This document shows positions 57,988 to 64,000 of a stretch of DNA of 64,000 bases, piece after piece. The DNA is from Polyangiales bacterium (GTDB taxonomy: Bacteria > Myxococcota_A > Polyangia > Polyangiales > Ga0077539). Position 1 is the stretch's first letter; each line of letters opens with the position of its first letter. A model generated the notes under the pieces. It was not told the origin of the DNA. It did not search any database and saw only the letters and a list, made by a program, of their open reading frames with translations. A program made the translations under genes and the position numbers. The stretch covers positions 416,001 through 480,000 of the forward strand of contig JBGARZ010000006.1 of assembly GCA_044229975.1 (NCBI GenBank), read 5' to 3'.

Positions 57988-60408
57988 ATGGGACTCCCTC
58001 GCGCCTCGCTCGCGCTCTTCGCCCTCTCGGCCTGCACCGACGCCGCCACGCCCGCGCCCGCTGCCGACGCGGGCCCGGTGCTCCCCGCGCTCACCGCCGA
58101 CGCCACCGAGCTCACTGCGTGCCCCGTCGCCGCAGCCTCCGTCGGCGCCGCTCGCGCGCTACACCTCCGCTGCGACGCGCAGCTCGCCACTGGCCCGCTC
58201 GCCATGGGCCGCGTCGGTGACGTCGTCCTCGAAAACGCCGTCGCCCGCTTCATCCTCCGCGCGGGCGACGAGTCCGCCACCACCATCGGCGCGCCCGGCG
58301 GCGGCATCATCGACGCCACCACCGTCCCGACCACCGCGCCCGATCTGGTGAAGGAGATCCTCCCGACGCTCAACCTCTACGGCCTCACCGTGGGCCCGCT
58401 GGTGGTCGTTCGCGCCTCGGGGCGCGAGGCCGTCGTGCGCGCCGCCTTCACCCCGCGACCGCTCGAACTCATCCAGGCCGTCATCCCCCTCGCGCTCCAG
58501 CGCCCTGCCCTCCGCGGCGTCGTCGAGTACGCGCTCTCCGCCGACGACCCGGCGTTGCGCGTCCGCATCTGCGCCGTCCCCGAAGGCGACACCGGAACCA
58601 CCACCGTCAGCGCCGGGGCCGTCGCCATCCTCGGCGGCGCGGGCGAGGTCGTCGCACCGGGCGGTGGCGTTCTCGACGGCGAGATGGCCACCGCCGTCAG
58701 CCGCGCGCTCATCGCCGAGTCGCCCGACACCGCCGTCGGCGTCGCCCTCGACGCGCCCGCGACCGTCATCCACGCCGGAACCGTCAGCCTCCTCAACGCC
58801 AGCGCCCGCATCAACTTCGCGAGCGACACGCTCCGCTGCACCACGCTCCGCGTCGCCTCTGCCGTCACGGCCGCGGTCGCCTACGACGCGCTCGGTCTCG
58901 ACGCCGACACTGCCCTCGTCGACGTCGCCGTCCCCGCGGGTGGTCGCGCCGAGCTCTCCAACGACGCCGGTCGCATCATCCTCCGATCGCGCGGCGTCGA
59001 CGGTCACGTGCGAGCCCACCTGCGCGTCGATGCCGCTCGCACCCGCGTGGCTCGCGACGGCGGAGAGTTCGGCGCGCCCGATGCCATCCCCGGTGTCGGC
59101 ACTCTCCGCGTCGACGCGTCGGTGCGCGATGCGCCGGGAGCCCCCGTTCGCATCACGGTGGTGCGGGAAGGCGGCGAGTACGAGCGGCGCTGGGTGGTCA
59201 CCGGGACGGACACTCGTGCGTTGCCGGTGGGGCGCTACCGGGTGTCGGCCTCGCGCGGCATGGAGCACACCGCGGTCACGTCGGACGTCACCGTCGCCGC
59301 GGGCGCGGAGGTGCGCTTCGACGCGGTGCTGGAGCGCGTGGTCGCGACGCCGGGCTACGTCTCGACGGACTTCCACCTGCACACCGAGCTCTCGACGGAC
59401 AGCACGCACCCGGTGGGCGACGCCGTTCGTCAGATGGCGGGCGAGGGACTCGAACTCGTCGCGGGGACCGACCACGATTTCATCACCGACCTCGACGCCG
59501 TGGCGACGAGCGTGGGCGTTCGCGAGTGGCTGCTCCCCGTGGCGGGCGCCGAGGTGTCGACGGTGCGCCTCGGGCACTACGGGGCTTATCCATTGCGGCG
59601 CGATGTGACGAGGGCGGGGGCCAACGCGGTTCCGTGGTTTGGGCTGTCACCGGCGCAGATCGCGCGGGCGCTGCGGGAGCGCGGCGACGACGTGGTGGTG
59701 CAGGTGAACCATCCGCGACTGCGAGGCACTGGCGTCTTCGATCAGATCGGGCTCAACGCGGCGACGGGGATGGCGCTGGGTGATCCGACGCGGGTGGGTC
59801 TCCCTGCGGGCACCGACCTCACCCCATTGGACTTCGACGTCGTCGAGGTCTGGAACGGCTACACCCGCGGCGACAACGAGCGCACCTTCGCCGACTGGCT
59901 GGCGCTGCGCGCGGTGGGTCGACGCTTCGTGATGGTGGGCAACTCGGACAGCCATCGACCGGACAAGCCACCGGGCGCGCCGCGGTCGTTCGTGCGCGTG
60001 GCGGATGACGGTCGCGGACGAGTGAGCTGGGCGGACGTTAGGGCGGGGTTGCGTGCGGGTGACGTGAGCGTCGGGGCGGGGCTCTACGTGGAGGCGGTGG
60101 CCAACGACACGGTGCGACCGGGCGGGCGAGCGACGGCGCGCGACGGACGGGTGAGCTTGCGGGTGCGAGTGCAGGGTCCACCGTGGGCGGACTGCACGCG
60201 GCTGCGGGTGTACCGCGGCACCGAGGTGGTGATCGATCGACCCGTGACGACGCCGAGCGACCGCGTGGTGCGCGTCGACGAGGTGGTGACGGTGGAGGTC
60301 GCGCGGGAGAGCTTCCTGGTGGTGCGAGCGGACGGGATGAGGGACGCGACGCCGGTGTTCGACTACGCGCCCTTTGGCATCACCAACGCCATCGACGTCG
60401 GGCCGTGA
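57988..60408 (+). CDS. CehA/McbA-like PHP metallohydrolase lipoprotein
   Basis: Lipobox LSAC; GDVVLEN, ASRGMEH, DFHLHT, TDHD, GHYGAYP, VNHPR, GNSDSH. Confidence 0.85.
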   Translation: MGLPRASLALFALSACTDAATPAPAADAGPVLPALTADATELTACPVAAASVGAARALHLRCDAQLATGPLAMGRVGDVVLENAVARFILRAGDESATTIGAPGGGIIDATTVPTTAPDLVKEILPTLNLYGLTVGPLVVVRASGREAVVRAAFTPRPLELIQAVIPLALQRPALRGVVEYALSADDPALRVRICAVPEGDTGTTTVSAGAVAILGGAGEVVAPGGGVLDGEMATAVSRALIAESPDTAVGVALDAPATVIHAGTVSLLNASARINFASDTLRCTTLRVASAVTAAVAYDALGLDADTALVDVAVPAGGRAELSNDAGRIILRSRGVDGHVRAHLRVDAARTRVARDGGEFGAPDAIPGVGTLRVDASVRDAPGAPVRITVVREGGEYERRWVVTGTDTRALPVGRYRVSASRGMEHTAVTSDVTVAAGAEVRFDAVLERVVATPGYVSTDFHLHTELSTDSTHPVGDAVRQMAGEGLELVAGTDHDFITDLDAVATSVGVREWLLPVAGAEVSTVRLGHYGAYPLRRDVTRAGANAVPWFGLSPAQIARALRERGDDVVVQVNHPRLRGTGVFDQIGLNAATGMALGDPTRVGLPAGTDLTPLDFDVVEVWNGYTRGDNERTFADWLALRAVGRRFVMVGNSDSHRPDKPPGAPRSFVRVADDGRGRVSWADVRAGLRAGDVSVGAGLYVEAVANDTVRPGGRATARDGRVSLRVRVQGPPWADCTRLRVYRGTEVVIDRPVTTPSDRVVRVDEVVTVEVARESFLVVRADGMRDATPVFDYAPFGITNAIDVGP

Positions 60409-60444
60409 GCGGGGCAGTTGGGGGAATCCCGGCGGTAGGCGTGA

Positions 60445-60637
60445 GCCTCACCCCCCAACCCCCTCTCCGTTGACCCTCGCAGACTCGGGCTCGGCCGGAG
60501 AGGGGGAGCAAGAGGGATCAAGAAGTTCACGACCGCCTGAAGTTCCCTGAACAGCGTCCCTGTTGCCTCTTGCTCCCCCTCTCCGGCCGAGCCCGAGTCT
60601 GCGAGGGTCAACGGAGAGGGGGGTTGGGGGGTGAGGC
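60445..60637. repeat. REP doublet / REPIN-like inverted repeat
   Basis: Arms 60445-60515 and 60566-60637 are reverse complements (one G/C indel), 50-nt spacer; each arm is itself a CCCCTCTCC...GGAGAGGGG hairpin; lies between convergent genes. Confidence 0.85.
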
Positions 60638-60670
60638 ACGCGCGCCGAACGAGACCTCCCTGCGGCAGGC

Positions 60671-61558
60671 TCAGTACCGGAACTCGGTCACGAAGTGCGG
60701 CGACGTCCGGGAGCACGGCTGGTTGCCCGTCGACGACGTGCGAGTGCCGCGAGCGGAGGCGACCTCACCGCCCGGCGTCCGGACGACGGACAGCGTGAAG
60801 TTGGTCGCCGCGGAGACGCTGAAGGGGACGACGCAGACGAGGTACGCGCCCGCGGGCGGCGACGCGGCCCAGAAGACGTTCTCCGGTCCCGTCGCGGTGG
60901 TGTCGTCGCGGTCGAGCTCGCCGCCATCCTGCGTGCGGGCGGCGTAGTAGATCTCGCGGCCGCCGGGCGTCACGATGTGCAGGTCGACGTCGCCGGGGCG
61001 GTCCCAGGTGAGCGTGAAGCGGAGCGCGCCCTGACCGACGCAGATGCCCTGCGCGCAGGCTGATCCGGGCACGCACGGAAACGACGGGTTGCACTGGGCG
61101 CACACGCGGGCACCACCCGCCGCTCCGCTCGGGACGCAGTGCGAACGGTCGGACCCGGTGCACTGCGTGTCGGTGCTGCACGCCGGGCCCATGATGGGCG
61201 GGGCCGTGCTCTCGACGCAGACGCCGCCGCTGCACATGAGCCCCTCCGCGCAGGTGAAGCCCTGCTCTGGCGCGCACTGCACGCAGAAGCCCGCGCGACC
61301 CGGGTCGAGGAGGCAGTGGGTGCGAACCCCGTTGGTGCAGTCGAGATCGCCCCGACACGCCGGACCCGTCGCGGGGCCCGAGTCGACGAAGCCGGTGTCC
61401 ACGGGAGCGGCCACGCCGACGTCGACCGCAGCCTGCGCGTCGACGGGCACCATGGGCGGCGGATCGGAGTCACCGATGAAGCAGGCGAGGGTCGCGAGCG
61501 CCACGAAGGAGCACGCGCTCCCACGGACCACGACGCGAAGGAATCGTCGGTTCGTCAT
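60671..61558 (-). CDS. Cys-rich lipoprotein with YfaP/DUF2135-like domain
   Basis: GAGGAGG RBS, lipobox TLAC, LRFTLTWD..GDVDLHIVTPGG..IYY..GGELDRDD...GPEN. Confidence 0.8.
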   Translation of the reverse strand: MTNRRFLRVVVRGSACSFVALATLACFIGDSDPPPMVPVDAQAAVDVGVAAPVDTGFVDSGPATGPACRGDLDCTNGVRTHCLLDPGRAGFCVQCAPEQGFTCAEGLMCSGGVCVESTAPPIMGPACSTDTQCTGSDRSHCVPSGAAGGARVCAQCNPSFPCVPGSACAQGICVGQGALRFTLTWDRPGDVDLHIVTPGGREIYYAARTQDGGELDRDDTTATGPENVFWAASPPAGAYLVCVVPFSVSAATNFTLSVVRTPGGEVASARGTRTSSTGNQPCSRTSPHFVTEFRY

Positions 61559-61687
61559 TGCTTCCTCCTCGCGAGGGATCACGAGCCCTCACCGGATGCC
61601 ACCGCCACGGACGTTAGCCGCAACGTCACGGCCTCCTCAAGTCCGCGTCGCGATCACCGAACGCCCGTCAGTCCGTCGGCGGAGCAC

Positions 61688-62938
61688 CTACTCGTGCCGT
61701 CGGCTGGCGGCGTCGAGCGATGCTTCGTCGAGCGTTCCGTCGGCGGCCTGCTCCAGCGCGATGCGCACCGGCTCGTGGGCCACGGTCTCTGCCACCACGC
61801 GCACCCGGGTGACACCTTCGTGGGGGTCCATCGCGGCGAGGGCGTAGGCCGCCCCGATGCGGCGCTCGGGGCTCGTGTTCGGGTCATCGAGGGCGCCCTG
61901 CACTTCGGCGCGCGTCAGGTCCGTCTGGCGGTATCCGTCACGCGCGTCGGTGAGGTCGACGAGGGCGGCGCGCCACTCCTCGACGGAGCGGCCGTTGCGA
62001 TCGAGCGCGGCGAGCCGGACGGAGAGGTCGAGCGGCGCGCGTGACGCCTCGACGCCGGCCGCGATGCGGGCGGAGAGGGCCTCGCGGCGGGCTGGGGTGG
62101 CGCCGTAGGTGGCGATGCGGCGCGAGCGGCCGTCGCGCAGCAGGAGCGTCACTTCGTTGCGACCGTAGACGACCTGTCGGATCTCATCGAAGGAGACGAA
62201 CCACGAGCTGTACCCACCGCGCACGGAGAGACCATCACGCCCGACGGACACGACGGGCGGCGCGAGCAGGCGCACCGCGGCGGCGAGGCCGACGGTGAAG
62301 AGCGTGAAGATCAGGAAGCCGAGCGCGGCGCTGGGAAGGTGCAGCACGCCGGCGATGGCGACCGCCACGGCGGACGAGGCGCACGCCGCGGGGATGGCTG
62401 TGATGAAGCCGAGGCCGATGCGCGCCGCGGCACCGCCGAGGGGCATGCGCATGGCGCGTCGCGACGGGTCGACACCGGCGGCATCGAGCACGGCCGCGGC
62501 GGCCTCGGGCGTGTCGACGGTGGCGCCGAACACGTCGCCGTTGTCCAACTGGAGCTCGACCCGCGCGCCGTCGGGTTCGCGGAGGGTCCACGCCGACTCG
62601 ACGGATGCCGCGGGGATGAGCCGCGAGGGGGTGCGAACGCCCGACGCGTCGACGGAGAGCGCGGCGTGCGAGCGGGGACCGATCCAGCAGGCGAGCTGCG
62701 CGACGAGCGCGGCCGCGGTCGTAGCCACGGCGGTGAGGCAGGCGACGCCGAGGCCGATGGAGACGACGGGCGGCGTCTGCGAGAGGGCGGGGTAGATCCA
62801 CGACAGGACGATCATCGCGGCGAAGCTGGTCGTGAGCAGCGCGACGGTGGCGCGGGTGAAGCGACGGACCCAGGCGTGGGGGCGGGTTCCGACGCGACGG
62901 GCTTCGACGACGAGCGGTGGGGCGGCGTCTGCGCTCAT
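61688..62938 (-). CDS. Membrane protein with PH-like domains
   Basis: Two TM pairs each followed by VxVxxxG beta segments; helical C-terminus. Confidence 0.65.
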   Translation of the reverse strand: MSADAAPPLVVEARRVGTRPHAWVRRFTRATVALLTTSFAAMIVLSWIYPALSQTPPVVSIGLGVACLTAVATTAAALVAQLACWIGPRSHAALSVDASGVRTPSRLIPAASVESAWTLREPDGARVELQLDNGDVFGATVDTPEAAAAVLDAAGVDPSRRAMRMPLGGAAARIGLGFITAIPAACASSAVAVAIAGVLHLPSAALGFLIFTLFTVGLAAAVRLLAPPVVSVGRDGLSVRGGYSSWFVSFDEIRQVVYGRNEVTLLLRDGRSRRIATYGATPARREALSARIAAGVEASRAPLDLSVRLAALDRNGRSVEEWRAALVDLTDARDGYRQTDLTRAEVQGALDDPNTSPERRIGAAYALAAMDPHEGVTRVRVVAETVAHEPVRIALEQAADGTLDEASLDAASRRHE

Positions 62939-63071
62939 GGCGACCGCGATGATTCGCGCAGGTAGTAGATCAAGTCGAGCGGCGGCGGCGCGGCGCCCGC
63001 CACGTTCGCGGTCACCGGGGCCCACGCCGCAGCGTCAGCGCGGCGCGCTGTGGTCAGGGCGCAAGGAGCAG

Positions 63072-64000
63072 TCACCGCCGCAACACCGTCGCCCCGCGCG
63101 GCCCCTCGACCACGATGCCCAGCCCCGCGAAGCGCGGCAGGTACTGCAACGGCGGCGGCTCCTTCCGCTGACCGCGCACCAGCCGCAGCGTGACCCTCCC
63201 GGCCGCCAGATCGTAGTCCGCCTCGTAGGTCGCGTCGCCCACGCTCACCGTGCGCGGGTGGTCCCGCTCCACCTCGTCGCGCACCCACGCCGGAACATCC
63301 GGCGCCACCAGATCGCCCGCCGACAGCAGCGCCAGGTCGTCGCCGCTCTCCACGCCCAGCGCCGCCAATCGCGCCGCGACCCACGGCTCGATCGTCGGGT
63401 TCGCCCGCACCGACGCGTCGAGCTCCGCTCCGTGTCCGAGCCGCGCTGCGAGCTCGGCCAGCGCCAGCCGATCGCGCGTCACCGGCAGCGACCCCTTGAA
63501 CAAGCTCCCGCGCAGAAACAGCGTCGCGATGGCCTCGCGCGCCATCTCCCCGATGGGCGTCTCCTCCCGCGTCGCGACCACCTTGCGGGCGTACACCCGC
63601 TCGACGTGCGCGACCACGCGCCCGTGCTCCAACGCCACGCGCTCCAGCCGATCTCGACCGAGACCCGCGCGCGCGATGACGTCCACCGACACCGGGCTCG
63701 CACACGTGACCAGCACACGCGCGTCCTGCCCCACGCCCAGCGCGCGCGACTCGAACACCACGATGGCGTCGAGGTCCTTCGCGCGCTGCACCACGCTCTC
63801 GCGGGCAAGCTCGATCTCCGTCCCGCCATTGCTGAAGGCCACGCTGCGCCCTCGCACCCGCGCGACGTGCACCGACCGCGGGTCCGCCGCGATGGCCGTC
63901 CTCACCACGGCGTCGCGGTCGATGGGCGCTGTCGTCATCGCACCACCGAGCCCGTGCGCGCGACGCAGCCTCGACCGGATGCGCCGTGCCTCGCCCAGCG
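63072..64000 (-). CDS. C-terminal part of a larger protein, probably an HrpB-like DEAH helicase (truncated by window end)
   Basis: Frame open to the window edge (LGEARRIRSRLRR...); helicase motifs lie outside the window, call rests on recall of similar C-termini. Confidence 0.5.
   Translation of the reverse strand, partial: LGEARRIRSRLRRAHGLGGAMTTAPIDRDAVVRTAIAADPRSVHVARVRGRSVAFSNGGTEIELARESVVQRAKDLDAIVVFESRALGVGQDARVLVTCASPVSVDVIARAGLGRDRLERVALEHGRVVAHVERVYARKVVATREETPIGEMAREAIATLFLRGSLFKGSLPVTRDRLALAELAARLGHGAELDASVRANPTIEPWVAARLAALGVESGDDLALLSAGDLVAPDVPAWVRDEVERDHPRTVSVGDATYEADYDLAAGRVTLRLVRGQRKEPPPLQYLPRFAGLGIVVEGPRGATVLRR

Noticed and set aside
62939..63071. Possible small ORF or remnant (PPPLDLIYYLRE) between two minus-strand genes
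   Set aside because: No start codon or RBS and no recognisable family.

Overview
Very high-GC, gene-dense bacterial window with about 50 real CDS; the many long overlapping ORFs in the track are mostly GC shadow frames. Gene content suggests a Myxococcota (Polyangia-like) chromosome, by inference from eukaryote-like Ser/Thr kinases, Cys-rich and Asp/Pro-rich lipoproteins, PEGA/TPR proteins and plant-type UreF/UreG/ThrC. Housekeeping blocks: ureC(3' part)-ureF-ureG-thrC, moxR-DUF58-bat-like operon, SUV3-like helicase, cfa-like methyltransferase, long-form hflX and the 3' end of a probable helicase. Accessory or conflict candidates: an Rpn-like gene with an internal RBS+ATG plus a free-standing copy of its C-terminal part 16 kb away (and a third Rpn-type C-terminal remnant), a 1278-aa REase-like/STAND NTPase, an AAA_21 ATPase + TOPRIM-like pair, a SWIM-SNF2-HEPN-like fusion and an orphan SMI1/KNR4 gene. 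Other oddities: hflX appears to start at ATC behind a perfect Shine-Dalgarno, two apparent pseudo-enzymes (PtsP-like and histidine kinase-like), a REPIN-like inverted repeat, and a 5' C-rich to 3' G-rich skew along transcription units. No rRNA, tRNA, CRISPR array, integrase or transposase was recognised. All family calls come from reading motifs by eye, with no database searches.
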